From an uncultured delta proteobacterium (GTDB taxonomy: Bacteria > Myxococcota_A > Polyangia > Polyangiales > B10-G4), in the NCBI GenBank assembly GCA_963727445.1, contig CAVSGI010000010.1, positions 384,001-448,000 on the forward strand: DNA of 64,000 bases, given 5' to 3'. The position numbers and the translations under genes were made by a program. How positions within the stretch are numbered: the stretch's first letter is position 1; the number at the start of each line of letters is the position of its first letter. Below, piece after piece: positions 10,633 to 20,701 of the stretch. Under the pieces are notes generated by a model. It was not told the origin of the DNA, ran no database searches, and saw only the letters and a program-made list of their open reading frames with translations.

Positions 10633-11796
10633 TCACCCGTCGAGGACCTCGCGCGCGATCACCATCCGCTGCACTTCGCTCGTTCCCTCGTAGATCCGGG
10701 TGACCCGAGCGTCGCGGTAGTACCGCTCGACGGGATATTCGCGCGAGTATCCATATCCGCCGTGGAGCTGCACCGCATGGTCCACCACGCGGCCGCAGGT
10801 CTCCGAGGCGAAGAGCTTCGCCATCGAGCTCTCCATGCGCGCCCGATGGCCCTCGTCCAGGCGCCGCGCGGCACGGATCATCAGAAGCCAGGCCGCATCG
10901 AGCTCGGTTCGACAGTTCGCGAGGACGAAGCGCGTGTTCTGGAAGTCGGACAGCCGCTGGCCGAAGGCGCGTCGCTCCTGCACGTAGGCGACCGCTTCTC
11001 CCATCGCGGCCTCGGCGATCCCGATCGACTGCGCCGCGATCCCGATCCGTCCCGCCGCGAGGGCCGACAGAGCGATCGCATAGCCCTCACCCTCGCCGCC
11101 GATGCGCTGGTCCTCGCGCACGCGGCACCCATCGAAGTGGAGCGCGACCGTCCCCGAGGAGCGAAGACCCATCTTGTCTTCTTCGGCGCCCACGTGGAGC
11201 CCCGGGGTTCCCTTCTCGACGATGAACGCGCTGATGCCGCGCGATCCCGCGTCGGGATCCGTCTTGGCGAAGACCAGGTGGATCCCGGCGTGGGCGCCGC
11301 TGGTGATCCACATCTTCTGACCGTTGAGCACGTAGGAGTCGCCCTCCTTCGTCGCCGTGGTGCGGATGCCGCCCGCGTCGGAGCCGGCCCCGGGCTCCGT
11401 CAACGCGAAGCTCGCGGGGCCGAGCTTGCCGCGGGCGTAGGGCCGGAGCCATCGATCCCGCTGCCCGTCGGAGCCGTGGTCGGCGAGGATCTTCGTCGAC
11501 AGATTGCTCGAGGCCAGGATGACCGCCGTGGAAGCGCACGCCTCGGCGATGGCCTCCATGGCGAGCACGTAGCCCACGTTGTCGGTGCCCGAGCCCTCGT
11601 CCTGCTCGGACACCTTCATCGCGAGGAGCCCCATCTCCGCCAGCTCGCCGAAGAGGTCGTGGGGGTAGGCCGCCTTTCGATCTCGTTCCGCCGCGCCGGG
11701 AGCCAGGCGGTTTCGGGCGAAGGTCCGTGCAGCGTCGCGGATGAGGAGCTGCTCCTCGGTGGGATGGAAGGAGAGTCGTTCGAAGACGTCGGCCAT
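10633..11796 (-). CDS. Acyl-CoA dehydrogenase
   Basis: FALTEPGAGSD, LNGQKMWITSG, KMGLRSSGT, QLHGGYGY, RIYEGTSEVQR. Confidence 0.95.
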   Translation of the reverse strand: MADVFERLSFHPTEEQLLIRDAARTFARNRLAPGAAERDRKAAYPHDLFGELAEMGLLAMKVSEQDEGSGTDNVGYVLAMEAIAEACASTAVILASSNLSTKILADHGSDGQRDRWLRPYARGKLGPASFALTEPGAGSDAGGIRTTATKEGDSYVLNGQKMWITSGAHAGIHLVFAKTDPDAGSRGISAFIVEKGTPGLHVGAEEDKMGLRSSGTVALHFDGCRVREDQRIGGEGEGYAIALSALAAGRIGIAAQSIGIAEAAMGEAVAYVQERRAFGQRLSDFQNTRFVLANCRTELDAAWLLMIRAARRLDEGHRARMESSMAKLFASETCGRVVDHAVQLHGGYGYSREYPVERYYRDARVTRIYEGTSEVQRMVIAREVLDG

Positions 11797-11914
11797 GCGT
11801 CATGTTCGCGGTGCGACGCCGGCAGCGCGAGTCCATCGGGTGAGCACCCTCACCTGGGGCCGAAAGAGCTCAGGAAGCGGTAGGCCTCGCGACGGGGGAG
11901 GCCCATTTTCGCAA

Positions 11915-12619
11915 TCAACCACCCGCGCTACAGGCGCCCTCCCCGGTCACCGCGCTGTAATCGCCCTCGTCCCCACAGCGGAGCTCGCACGTGGCGCCGT
12001 CGGCGCACGACAGGGTGCAGTCGGCCTCGCAGGTGACGCGGCAGGTCGCGCCCATGCGGCAGCTCACGCCGGCTTCATCGGTGAGGGTCAGCTCGCAGTC
12101 GGCGGCTTCACAGCGGACGTTGGCGTCAGAGCCGACGGTGCCGACGCAACGGCTGCCCGACGCGCAGCCGATCTGCGCGTCGGTGCCCGAGACCGCGAGG
12201 TTGCACTCTGCGCCCGTCTCGCAGATCACGTCGGCGCCGTCGCCACTGGCCATCACATCGCACGTCGACATGGAAGCGCAGTCGATACCGCTATCTCTGC
12301 CCATCGAGTGCACGCTGCAGTCCGAGCCCATCGTGCAATCGACGTCGCAGATCTCCATGCCGCAGTCCACGGCGCACGAGGTCGCATCCGAGCACGAGAG
12401 CTGGCACGGCGCCCCCGGAGTCGTCATGTCGGGACAGTCCAGCCTGCAGGTCCCGATCGCACGGCAGGTGCACGAAGCGCCCGTGCATGGGCATGCAGGT
12501 CCCGGGCACGTCGAGACCAGTCCGGGGGCGTCGTCGGTGCCACACCCCAGGAGCAACGACAACCCGAGGGCGGTGATGCAGCTCCAAGCGACGCGCGTCA
12601 TTGTCTCCAGATGAGTCAC
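11915..12619 (-). CDS. Cys-rich lipoprotein (periodic Cys repeats)
   Basis: LLGC lipobox, regularly spaced Cys throughout; start may be 12601. Confidence 0.75.
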   Translation of the reverse strand: MTHLETMTRVAWSCITALGLSLLLGCGTDDAPGLVSTCPGPACPCTGASCTCRAIGTCRLDCPDMTTPGAPCQLSCSDATSCAVDCGMEICDVDCTMGSDCSVHSMGRDSGIDCASMSTCDVMASGDGADVICETGAECNLAVSGTDAQIGCASGSRCVGTVGSDANVRCEAADCELTLTDEAGVSCRMGATCRVTCEADCTLSCADGATCELRCGDEGDYSAVTGEGACSAGG

Positions 12620-12671
12620 GGTCGGGGCCGCCGTTGATCAACGCAGCGGCGCCCGCGCTCGGGGGCTGGGC

Positions 12672-13763
12672 TCAGTCGGGGCTGCAGAAGCCCGCGCTAC
12701 AGGCCAGATCGCCTCGGCAGACGTTGCCACAGCGCCCGCAGTTGAAGTCGCTGGTCGAAAGGTCGCGGCACGAGGTTCCGCACCGGACTTCCGCGCCTGG
12801 GCAGTCCTGGCAGGTGCCGCCATTGCATTCCTGTCGCGGGCCGCACGTCGTGCCGCATGTGCCACAGTTCGCCGGGTCGGTGTCGGTGTCGACGCACGCG
12901 CCGCTGCATTCGGTGAGTCCAACCATGCAAGCGGACTCACACGATCCCGCGTTGCAGACCATGCTGGCGCTACAGACCGTTCCGCAGTCGCCGCAGTTCA
13001 TCGGGTCGGTGTTCGTGTTCACGCACATCATGGAGCAAGCATCGGTTCCGCCGAAGCATCGGAGCTCGCAGGTCCTGCCGTTGCAGATCTCACCGGCCGG
13101 GCAGACGGCGCCGCAGGCGCCACAGTTCGTCGGGTCGCTCATCAGGTTCGTGCAGCGACCTGCGCAGAGGTCCGACGTATCGCCCATGCACGCCGTGCAC
13201 GATCCATCGACGCACCCTTCGCCCATGGCGCAAGTGACGCCGCAACCGCCACAGTTGGCCGGATCGAAAGCGGTGTCGACACAGGTGCCGCTGCAGTCCG
13301 TGAGCGGGCCGCCGCACGTTCCTGCGCACGTCCCCGACGAGCACACCTCGCCCGATGCGCAAGCGGTGCCGCAGGTGCCGCAGTTCATGACGTCTGCCAG
13401 AGGATTCACGCAGGAGCCGCCGCAGCTGATTGTCGGCGGGCTGCAGCCCATGGTGCCGCCATCGCCAGTGCCGCCATCGCCCACGGCACCGTCACCGGTG
13501 GCGCCATCACCAGCGCCGCCATCGCCCACGGCGCCGTCTCCGGTGGCGCCATCACCGGCGGCGCCATCACCGATGGCGCCATCACCGGTAGCACCGTCGC
13601 CCACGGCACCATCACCAGCCGCGTCGCCGCCGCCGTCCATGCCGATGCTGCTGTCGGAGCCTCCTCCATCGCCGCTCGCGTCGCCCGGGGGCTCGTCTCC
13701 ACCGCCGCATCCACCGAGGATCAAGAGCGCACCGACGACGGCCGCGAGGAGCTCACGCATCAT
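12672..13763 (-). CDS. Cys-rich lipoprotein with DPxNCGxCG (MXAN_6577/Stig1-like) repeats
   Basis: GGAGGT RBS, LGGC lipobox, GDGAx linker, six C..D(P)xNCGxCG..C units. Confidence 0.85.
   Translation of the reverse strand: MMRELLAAVVGALLILGGCGGGDEPPGDASGDGGGSDSSIGMDGGGDAAGDGAVGDGATGDGAIGDGAAGDGATGDGAVGDGGAGDGATGDGAVGDGGTGDGGTMGCSPPTISCGGSCVNPLADVMNCGTCGTACASGEVCSSGTCAGTCGGPLTDCSGTCVDTAFDPANCGGCGVTCAMGEGCVDGSCTACMGDTSDLCAGRCTNLMSDPTNCGACGAVCPAGEICNGRTCELRCFGGTDACSMMCVNTNTDPMNCGDCGTVCSASMVCNAGSCESACMVGLTECSGACVDTDTDPANCGTCGTTCGPRQECNGGTCQDCPGAEVRCGTSCRDLSTSDFNCGRCGNVCRGDLACSAGFCSPD
13456..13625. repeat. 15-bp tandem repeat encoding (GDGA/Gx)n linker
   Basis: About 11 imperfect copies of ccatc(a/g)cc...gc; protein [20 protein letters not shown]... 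Confidence 0.85.
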
Positions 13764-13824
13764 TACCTCCTGAGAGAACGAGACAGGAGTGAGTCGCGGT
13801 AGCTCCCGTCGTCGATCAAAGAAT

Positions 13825-14421
13825 TCAGAAATTGGAAGCGCAGGCCGCGCCATCGACGCAGATGGGATCGGTCGTGGTGGGATAGGTGCAGCACGTGCGG
13901 GTTCCGCAGAGGCTGCAGGGACAGGTCGTACAGGGCGCCGGGCGGAAAGGCACGCAGGTCCCGGCCGCGCACACGGTGCCTGCTCCGCAGCGCCGCTCGC
14001 ACTCCCCGCAGTGCAGCGGGTGTGAGCTCAGGTCCACGCATCCGCTGTCGCACATGCTGGTTCCCGCGGGACAGCTGGCCACACAGGCGCCTCCACTGCA
14101 GAGGGTGGGGCACGAGGTGCCGATCGCCCCGCAGTTTTCCCCATCCGATGCGGGGTCGATGCAGCCCTCGTCCCCACGCACGAGTCCCTGCCGGCACACG
14201 CAGACGCCGTCGACGCAGTACTCGTCGTCCTGACAGTGCACGGCGGCCGCGCCACAGCGCTCCGGATCGCGATCCGTGACGCTCACCGGCGTCGAGTCTG
14301 CGCCCGCATCGTTCGACGCATCGCTCGTGGTCGCCGCGTCCTGAGCGAAGAGAACGAGCTGTTGATCACCGCATCCTGCGGCCAACGACAAGAAGAGGAA
14401 GAAGGCGGAGGTGAGCCTCAC
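13825..14421 (-). CDS. Cys-rich lipoprotein with DPxxCG repeats
   Basis: GTG start overlapping the anti-sigma stop; AAGC lipobox; DPERCG, DGENCG, HPLHCGEC units. Confidence 0.8.
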   Translation of the reverse strand: MRLTSAFFLFLSLAAGCGDQQLVLFAQDAATTSDASNDAGADSTPVSVTDRDPERCGAAAVHCQDDEYCVDGVCVCRQGLVRGDEGCIDPASDGENCGAIGTSCPTLCSGGACVASCPAGTSMCDSGCVDLSSHPLHCGECERRCGAGTVCAAGTCVPFRPAPCTTCPCSLCGTRTCCTYPTTTDPICVDGAACASNF

Positions 14422-15557
14422 TCCGCGCCGGTTTCCGATTCTCGCGCCACGGCGCGTGCCTGGGGAGAGCTCGGGTGTCGGCTCTGCAGCGTGTCGATGG
14501 CGCGAGCGCGCGCGGCGGCCTCGCCCAGACGACCGTGGGCGTCCGCCTCGAGGAAGAGCGCCTCGGCGTCGAGCCTTCCTTCGGCAAACCGACGTGCGCG
14601 CTCGGACAGGGCGCGGAGGGCACCGCGTCCATCGCCCGCGCGAAGTTCGAGGCGCGCGAGGCGTATCCAGGCAGCTTCGGCCACCGCCCCGTGTCCCCGT
14701 CCCACCTGACGGAAGATGCGGCGCGCGGCCTCGTGCTGCCCTTCGCGCCACAGTGATTCGGCCTCGCCGAGGAGCGCCCCCGGCGCCGGTGCGGGAGGCG
14801 GCACGTCGGCGCGGGCGGCAGCTGCGCTGGTGTCGTGATGCGCGGGGGCTGCGGGGCGCCAGTTGGTTTCGAGTCCGTCTCCCCTGCCGACTCCGTCTCC
14901 GTCTTCGACTCGGTCTGCGACCCCGTCTCCGTCTCCGCGTCCATCTCCGGCCGCGGCCATCGCCAACTCGCGGCCCAGGGACCAACGCTCGCCATCCCGC
15001 AGGTGGATCTCCCGGTTCTCCGGGGCGGTGACCACCACGTGGCCCTCTTCCACTTCCACCGAAACCTCGCCGTCGTGTCGAGTGACGGAGAAGCGGGTGC
15101 CCCAGACCTCGACCGCCACCGGACCGGCGGCGACGCGGAGTAGGCCGCCGCCGAGGTCGTCGGCCCGCACGTCCACCCGACCCTCGTCGAGATGGAGGAT
15201 CGTGGTGCAGGGGTCGGGCGCCTCCAGGCTGACCGTGCCCTCCACGGTCACCGCGCCGCGTGCGCCCAGATCCAGTCGCGAGCCCATTCGGTTCGCCTCG
15301 GCAGGCGTCCACGACATGCACGCATTCGCGGTGGGCTCTGGCGGCGGCGGCGCGAGGGCGAAGGCCACTGCGGCGGCAGCGGCGAGCGCGGAGACGCCGA
15401 CGCCGATCATCACCCGACGTCGCTGTCGCGCGGCGTGGACGAAGTCCGGCCCATCCCGTCGCATCGACTCCACCACGCGGCGTCGCGCGGCGTCCGAGAG
15501 CTCGGGCGTCGCTTCATCGGCGAGCTTGCCGAGGCGATCGCGAAGGTCGTCCCTCAT
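14418..15557 (-). CDS. FecR-domain anti-sigma factor with C-terminal TPR-like helices
   Basis: Single TM, FecR motif VEVWGTRFSV...VEVEEGHVVV, helical C-terminus ending HPSSP; coupled to the ECF gene. Confidence 0.85.
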   Translation of the reverse strand: MRDDLRDRLGKLADEATPELSDAARRRVVESMRRDGPDFVHAARQRRRVMIGVGVSALAAAAAVAFALAPPPPEPTANACMSWTPAEANRMGSRLDLGARGAVTVEGTVSLEAPDPCTTILHLDEGRVDVRADDLGGGLLRVAAGPVAVEVWGTRFSVTRHDGEVSVEVEEGHVVVTAPENREIHLRDGERWSLGRELAMAAAGDGRGDGDGVADRVEDGDGVGRGDGLETNWRPAAPAHHDTSAAAARADVPPPAPAPGALLGEAESLWREGQHEAARRIFRQVGRGHGAVAEAAWIRLARLELRAGDGRGALRALSERARRFAEGRLDAEALFLEADAHGRLGEAAARARAIDTLQSRHPSSPQARAVARESETGAE

Positions 15558-16240
15558 GGCTCGCCCTCCACCAGCTCGCGCAGGACGGGATCGCGTCGCG
15601 CCGCGGCGACGAGCTCCCGCCGGGCGTGCCAGATGCGCGAGCGCACCGTGTGTTCCTTGGTGCCCGTGAGCTCGGCTATCTCCGCGGGTGTCATCCCTTC
15701 GAAGACGTAGAGCGTGAGCGCGATGCGCTTCTTGGGCTTGATCCCGTCGAGGGCGCGGTGGACGCGACGCATCCGATCACGGACGAGGGTTTCCCGCTCC
15801 GGGTCGATGTGCTCTTCGGCGACCACGTCGAGGGGCATGGGCGCCCGCCGCCGCGTCCACGCCGAAGGCCTGAGCGCCCTGCGCGCGACGCGCACCGTGA
15901 TGCCGCCCACGAAGGTCGAGAGCTTGCTCTCGCTGCGGAAGGAGGGGAGCGCCCGACAGAGCTCCACGAAGACGTTCTGCACCAGGTCCTCGAGGTCCTC
16001 GCGGGGACCGAGGATACGGGCGAGAAGGCGCTCGACCCGGGGAAGCTCCTCCTGGGCGATGAGACCCAGCGCCTCCCCGTCTCCGGCTTTCGCCCGCGCC
16101 ACGAGATCGGCTTCGGAATCACGAATGGCCACGGTCGCCGGCGCTGGGAGGAGAGCCACCACATTCGTGGGTCGCGAAGGCGCGCCGGATTGATTAATCC
16201 CGTCCTCCTCGGTCCGCCGACTCAATCGATCACCCAACAA
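15554..16240 (-). CDS. ECF sigma-70 factor
   Basis: DLEDLVQNVF, FRSESKLSTF (region 2); EGMTPAEIAELTG...TVRSRIWHARR (region 4); start uncertain. Confidence 0.92.
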   Translation of the reverse strand: MLGDRLSRRTEEDGINQSGAPSRPTNVVALLPAPATVAIRDSEADLVARAKAGDGEALGLIAQEELPRVERLLARILGPREDLEDLVQNVFVELCRALPSFRSESKLSTFVGGITVRVARRALRPSAWTRRRAPMPLDVVAEEHIDPERETLVRDRMRRVHRALDGIKPKKRIALTLYVFEGMTPAEIAELTGTKEHTVRSRIWHARRELVAAARRDPVLRELVEGEP

Positions 16241-17322
16241 ATCCCGAGTTGGGCGACCAGCCTCAACGATCCTTCGGTGGCGACCACTTCCTCGAAGGCT
16301 ATCACCTTCACCGGCGAGAGCAGCCCATCGAGGCCGAGGCTCAGATGTAAGGAGAGACCCGACACCAGCGGTTGCCGGGCTTCGATCGCGAAGCCGAGGA
16401 AGGCCGTGCCGGTGCTCTCGCTGCGGGTTTGCTGGGTGGCGAGGGTGATGGTGCGCCCGTCCGCGGTGACCACCGATCCCCCCGCGCGCAAGTGAAAGAG
16501 CAGACGCGTCGCGAGGGCGCCAACGTCGACACCGACGCTCACACGGCCCCCCAGGTCGTAGCGCCGGTAGGTGGCCGCGACGTCCTCCGTTCGCCCTCCG
16601 TAGCCGCCGAAGCCCGATGCGATCAAGCCGCCGCCGACCAAGAGCGACCCGACCCGGAAGAGCATGTCTGTGAAGAGCCCGGGTTGGACCAGCCAGACGC
16701 CCGCCTGGGCAGGTGAGCCCCAGAGCTCGGCGTGCGCGCCGAGGGTGAGCATCCAGGAGCGCTTCGCGCTCTGTCCGGCGCCCGCTTCGTCCTCTGTGGC
16801 GCGCTCCCCGTCTTCGGCGGACGCCTCCTCGGTCGGTGCGCTTTCGTCCCCCTCGCTCGGAGTCGTGCCGTTGGGGGTCTCGCCCGCGACCGACGCCGTC
16901 GCGACCAGGCCGAGCACCTCCGGATCACCGCCGCTCTTGGCCACCTCGAGGAGCTCGGCGGCCACCAGCGCCATCGCATAGGCATCTTCGGCGTCCACCG
17001 CGAAGCGGCGTTCGAATCGCGCACCGTCAGAGCGCCGGAGCACCTGCACCAGGTCCAGATCGGTGGCGATGGAGATGACGTAGCCGAGCGCGTCATCGCT
17101 CTCCGCGGCGCGTAGGCGCTGCGCGTCGAATCCGTCGACACGGTGCTCGTCGGGCAGAGGCACCAGTCCGACGAATGCCTCGGACACCGCGCTCCCGGCG
17201 GTCCCCGACGTGAAGAGCGCGACCGCCTCGCTCTCGTCCGCAGCATCCTGTGCGCCTGCCGGCGCCGGGCCGAGGACGGAGAACAAGACACAAGAGAAGA
17301 AAAGCCGGGCGAGGGCACGCAT
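16222..17322 (-). CDS. Secreted, probable outer-membrane beta-barrel protein
   Basis: Signal peptide (PAGA|Q), amphipathic beta strands in the C-terminal half, first gene of the ECF cluster. Confidence 0.6.
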   Translation of the reverse strand: MRALARLFFSCVLFSVLGPAPAGAQDAADESEAVALFTSGTAGSAVSEAFVGLVPLPDEHRVDGFDAQRLRAAESDDALGYVISIATDLDLVQVLRRSDGARFERRFAVDAEDAYAMALVAAELLEVAKSGGDPEVLGLVATASVAGETPNGTTPSEGDESAPTEEASAEDGERATEDEAGAGQSAKRSWMLTLGAHAELWGSPAQAGVWLVQPGLFTDMLFRVGSLLVGGGLIASGFGGYGGRTEDVAATYRRYDLGGRVSVGVDVGALATRLLFHLRAGGSVVTADGRTITLATQQTRSESTGTAFLGFAIEARQPLVSGLSLHLSLGLDGLLSPVKVIAFEEVVATEGSLRLVAQLGICWVID

Positions 17323-17361
17323 GCCTGGTCAGAGCATAACGGGTAAGCTCGCGGAGCGCCG

Positions 17362-19881
17362 ATGCCAACTTTTCCATTGCGAGAGCTTCTGCCTCCCAGC
17401 GACGCGGTCAGTCCCGACGCGTTGCTCGAAGGGTTCATGGACTACGCGGCCGGGATGGGGCTCGAGCTCTATCCCGCGCAGGAAGAGGCCATCCTCGAGA
17501 TCTTCTCGGGCAACAACGTCATTCTTGCGACCCCCACCGGCAGCGGGAAATCCCTGGTCGCCCTCGCCGCGCACTACCGGTCGCTCGCGCGTGGAGAGGT
17601 CTCTTTCTACACCGCGCCGATCAAGGCGCTGGTCAGCGAGAAGTTCTTCGACCTGTGCCGCGCATTCGGACCGGACGACGTGGGGATGCTGACGGGGGAC
17701 GCTTCGGTCAACGCCGACGCGCCCATCATCTGCTGCACCGCCGAGATCCTCGCGCATCAGGCGCTCCGCGAAGGGCCGCGCGCCGACATCTCCCAGGTCG
17801 TGATGGACGAGTTCCACTATTACGCCGACCGGGACCGCGGGGTGGCGTGGCAGGTGCCGCTCCTCACGCTTCCCCAGGCGAGCTTCCTCTTGATGAGCGC
17901 GACCCTGGGCGACACCAGCTTCTTCGAGGAGGAGCTGACGCTGCGCACCAGTCGCGTCACTTCGCTGGTCACCAGCGCCGATCGGCCGGTGCCCCTCGAC
18001 TACGAGTACCGCGAGACGCCGCTCCACGAGACGATCTCGGACCTCCTCGAAGAGGGCCGCTCCCCCGTCTACATCGTCCACTTCACTCAGCGGAGCGCCG
18101 CCGAGCAGGCGCAGAACCTGATGAGCATCGACTTCCTGAGCAAAGAGGAGAAGCAGACGATCAAAGACGAGCTCGCCGGCTTCCGCTTCGACAGCCCGGA
18201 AGGCAAGGAGCTGCGGCGCTTCGTTCATCACGGCGTGGGTCTTCACCACGCGGGCCTTCTGCCCAAATACCGGCGCATGGTGGAGCGCCTCGCGCAGAAG
18301 GGACTGCTCCGGCTCATCTGCGGCACCGACACCCTCGGCGTCGGCGTCAACGTCCCCATCCGCACCGTCCTCCTGACGCGCCTCTACAAGTACGACGGCG
18401 AGAAGACCCGCGTCCTGTCGGTTCGCGACTTCCAGCAGATCGCCGGCAGGGCCGGCCGGCGCGGCTTCGATACCCGCGGCAGCGTGGTCGCCCAGGCGCC
18501 GGAGCACGTGGTCGAAAACCGCTCTCTCGAGCGAAAGGCTGCCGGGGACCCCAAGAAGCTCCGCAAGCTCAAGCGAAAGAAGCCGCCCGATCGCGGCTAC
18601 GCGCATTATGACGAAGCCACCTTCCGTCGTCTGGTGGAGGGCGAGCCCGAACGCCTCAACTCGAGCTTCGCCGTCAGCCACGCGATGCTCCTTCACATGC
18701 TCGAGCGTCCCGGCAACGGGTGCGCGGCGATCAAGGATCTCATTCGCGGCAGTCACGAGTCGGTCCGGGAAAAGCGCGCCCACGGGCGGACGGCCATCGC
18801 GATGTTTCGTTCGCTGGTGGCGGCCGAGGTGGTGGAGGTCCGAGAGGAGCCCGACGACAGCGGTCGTTACGTCCAGATCCACGCCGATCTCCAGGAGGAC
18901 TTCTCCCTCAATCACGCGCTCTCGCTCTACCTGGTGGAGGCGCTCGAGGTCCTGGATCCAAAGGAGCCCGACTATGCCCTCGACGTGCTCAGCTTCGTCG
19001 AGGCGACCCTCGAGTCGCCGCGGGTGCTGCTCCTGAGGCAGCTCGACAAGCTCAAGACCGAGGCGCTGAACGAGATGAAGGCGCGCGGCGTCGAGTACGA
19101 GGAGCGCATCGCCGCGCTCGACGAGGTCGAAAACCCGAAGCCGAAGAAGGAGGTGCTCTGGGAGACCTTCGACGCCTATCGCAAGCACCATCCGTGGATC
19201 GGCGACAACGTCCGGCCCAAGAGCATCGCGCGCGACATGTACGAGATGGCGGCTTCCTTCTCGGAGTACGTCAAGGAGTACGGTCTGGCGCGCTCCGAGG
19301 GCGTGCTCCTGCGTTACCTGAGCGACGCCTACAAGGCGCTCGTCCAGAACGTGCCCGAAGCGAAGAAGACCGATGAGGTCTACGACATGGAGGATTGGCT
19401 CGGCGCGGTGGTTCGCCAGGTCGACTCGAGCCTCCTGGACGAGTGGGAACGTTTGAAGCATCCCGAGGAGCTGGCGGCCCCCGAACGACCCGAGGACGAG
19501 GCGGAGCAGGACATCACCGCGGGCCCTTCGTTTCAGGTGCTCCTGCGCAACGAAGCCTTCCGCTTCGTCCGCCACCTCGCGCTCGGTCAGTACGAGCGGG
19601 CGGCCGAGATGCTCGAACAGCCCGAGTCCGATCGCTGGGACCCGGCGCGCATCGAAGAAGCGATGGCGCCCTTCTTCGCGGAGCACGACGCCATCCGACT
19701 CGACCAAGAGGCGCGCGCAAAGCAGAACGTGCTCATCGAGCCGGCTTCCGATGGATGGACGATCGAGCAGGTCGTCCTCGATCCCGAGGAGCATCGCGAC
19801 TTCCGCGCGTGCTTCACCGTTCTTCGCGAACGCTCTCGCGAGGAGCAGCGTCCGGTGCTCAGGCTCGATCGCCTCGGCTGA
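17362..19881 (+). CDS. Ski2-like DEAD/DEAH helicase (HelY/DUF3516 type)
   Basis: PTGSGKS, PIKAL, DEFH, SAT, HHAGL, QIAGRAGRRG, RPKSIARDMYE. Confidence 0.92.
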   Translation: MPTFPLRELLPPSDAVSPDALLEGFMDYAAGMGLELYPAQEEAILEIFSGNNVILATPTGSGKSLVALAAHYRSLARGEVSFYTAPIKALVSEKFFDLCRAFGPDDVGMLTGDASVNADAPIICCTAEILAHQALREGPRADISQVVMDEFHYYADRDRGVAWQVPLLTLPQASFLLMSATLGDTSFFEEELTLRTSRVTSLVTSADRPVPLDYEYRETPLHETISDLLEEGRSPVYIVHFTQRSAAEQAQNLMSIDFLSKEEKQTIKDELAGFRFDSPEGKELRRFVHHGVGLHHAGLLPKYRRMVERLAQKGLLRLICGTDTLGVGVNVPIRTVLLTRLYKYDGEKTRVLSVRDFQQIAGRAGRRGFDTRGSVVAQAPEHVVENRSLERKAAGDPKKLRKLKRKKPPDRGYAHYDEATFRRLVEGEPERLNSSFAVSHAMLLHMLERPGNGCAAIKDLIRGSHESVREKRAHGRTAIAMFRSLVAAEVVEVREEPDDSGRYVQIHADLQEDFSLNHALSLYLVEALEVLDPKEPDYALDVLSFVEATLESPRVLLLRQLDKLKTEALNEMKARGVEYEERIAALDEVENPKPKKEVLWETFDAYRKHHPWIGDNVRPKSIARDMYEMAASFSEYVKEYGLARSEGVLLRYLSDAYKALVQNVPEAKKTDEVYDMEDWLGAVVRQVDSSLLDEWERLKHPEELAAPERPEDEAEQDITAGPSFQVLLRNEAFRFVRHLALGQYERAAEMLEQPESDRWDPARIEEAMAPFFAEHDAIRLDQEARAKQNVLIEPASDGWTIEQVVLDPEEHRDFRACFTVLRERSREEQRPVLRLDRLG

Positions 19882-20604
19882 TCACTCAGCCTGTCGCGAG
19901 CGGACCAGGTCGACGAAGGGCGCCATCCCCTCGGGGATGGCGAAGGCGATGCAGGGAATGCCGCCCGCTTCGAGGGTCCCGATGAGGTCGCGACCGAAGG
20001 CGAGTCGCGATCCCCACACCGCGATCAGCGTGTCGTTGCCGACCCGGTTCAAGAGCGCCGCGAGGCGCGTGGGCTCGACCGGAGGTGGGTCGCCCGCGTC
20101 GATGAGGATGATGTCGATCTCGCGCTCGAGCTGAGCTCTGAGGGCGAGCACCGAGGTCGCGGGCTCCGTTTGCACCAGGCTGCCGCCGAGGGCGACCTCG
20201 ATCGTCGAGGCGAACCCCGGGCGAGTCGAGACCACCAACACCTGCACCGGCCGAGTGATGGGACGCAGGGCGCGGGTGGTGTCGGCGTTCAGGGCGAAGT
20301 CGGTCACGCCCGAGACGGGTGGGGGCAGCACGCTCGGCTTGGAGTCGTCGTCCGTGTGGTCGACGACCGCCAGCGCCATCTCCACGCGGAGCATGGTGTC
20401 TCCCACGTCCTCGGCGCGCAGGTAGCGGTCGAGCACCTCGCGGAGCGGGCCGCGAACGAAGCGGGTCAGCTCCTCGCGATTCTGAGGGATTTGCGGGCCC
20501 CAGCGGGTCAGCGCGTCGAAGAGGATCGCCCGCGCCATCACCGGGGAGAGCTCCTCGGAGAGGCGCTGCCGAACCCGTCGTATGTTCGCGACCGCGGACC
20601 CCAT
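19882..20604 (-). CDS. Hypothetical protein, possibly with a degenerate receiver-like C-terminus
   Basis: Coding-like ORF; VQVLVV...IDIILID pattern. Confidence 0.6.
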   Translation of the reverse strand: MGSAVANIRRVRQRLSEELSPVMARAILFDALTRWGPQIPQNREELTRFVRGPLREVLDRYLRAEDVGDTMLRVEMALAVVDHTDDDSKPSVLPPPVSGVTDFALNADTTRALRPITRPVQVLVVSTRPGFASTIEVALGGSLVQTEPATSVLALRAQLEREIDIILIDAGDPPPVEPTRLAALLNRVGNDTLIAVWGSRLAFGRDLIGTLEAGGIPCIAFAIPEGMAPFVDLVRSRQAE

Positions 20605-20664
20605 CGTGGGCCGATGGTGGGGCCCCCTGGGGGCGGCGTAAAGGCGGATTATCGAGCGCACCCC

Positions 20665-20701
20665 TTGACCGCGAAGGATCTGAGTGTATATTCTACACTA
20701 T
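20665..20701 (+). promoter_or_regulatory. Sigma70-type promoter overlapped by a candidate NrtR operator
   Basis: TTGACC at 20665-20670, TATATT/TATTCT at 20687-20694; palindrome AGTGTA-TATTC-TACACT (20683-20699) has a GT-N7-AC core. Confidence 0.8.

Noticed and set aside
17329..19794. Long antisense and alternative-frame ORFs (also 4459..6435, 6432..9362, 21768..24017, 48004..50367, 58129..59922)
   Set aside because: Shadows of real genes caused by high GC3; Arg/Gly/Pro-rich or mirror composition with no motifs
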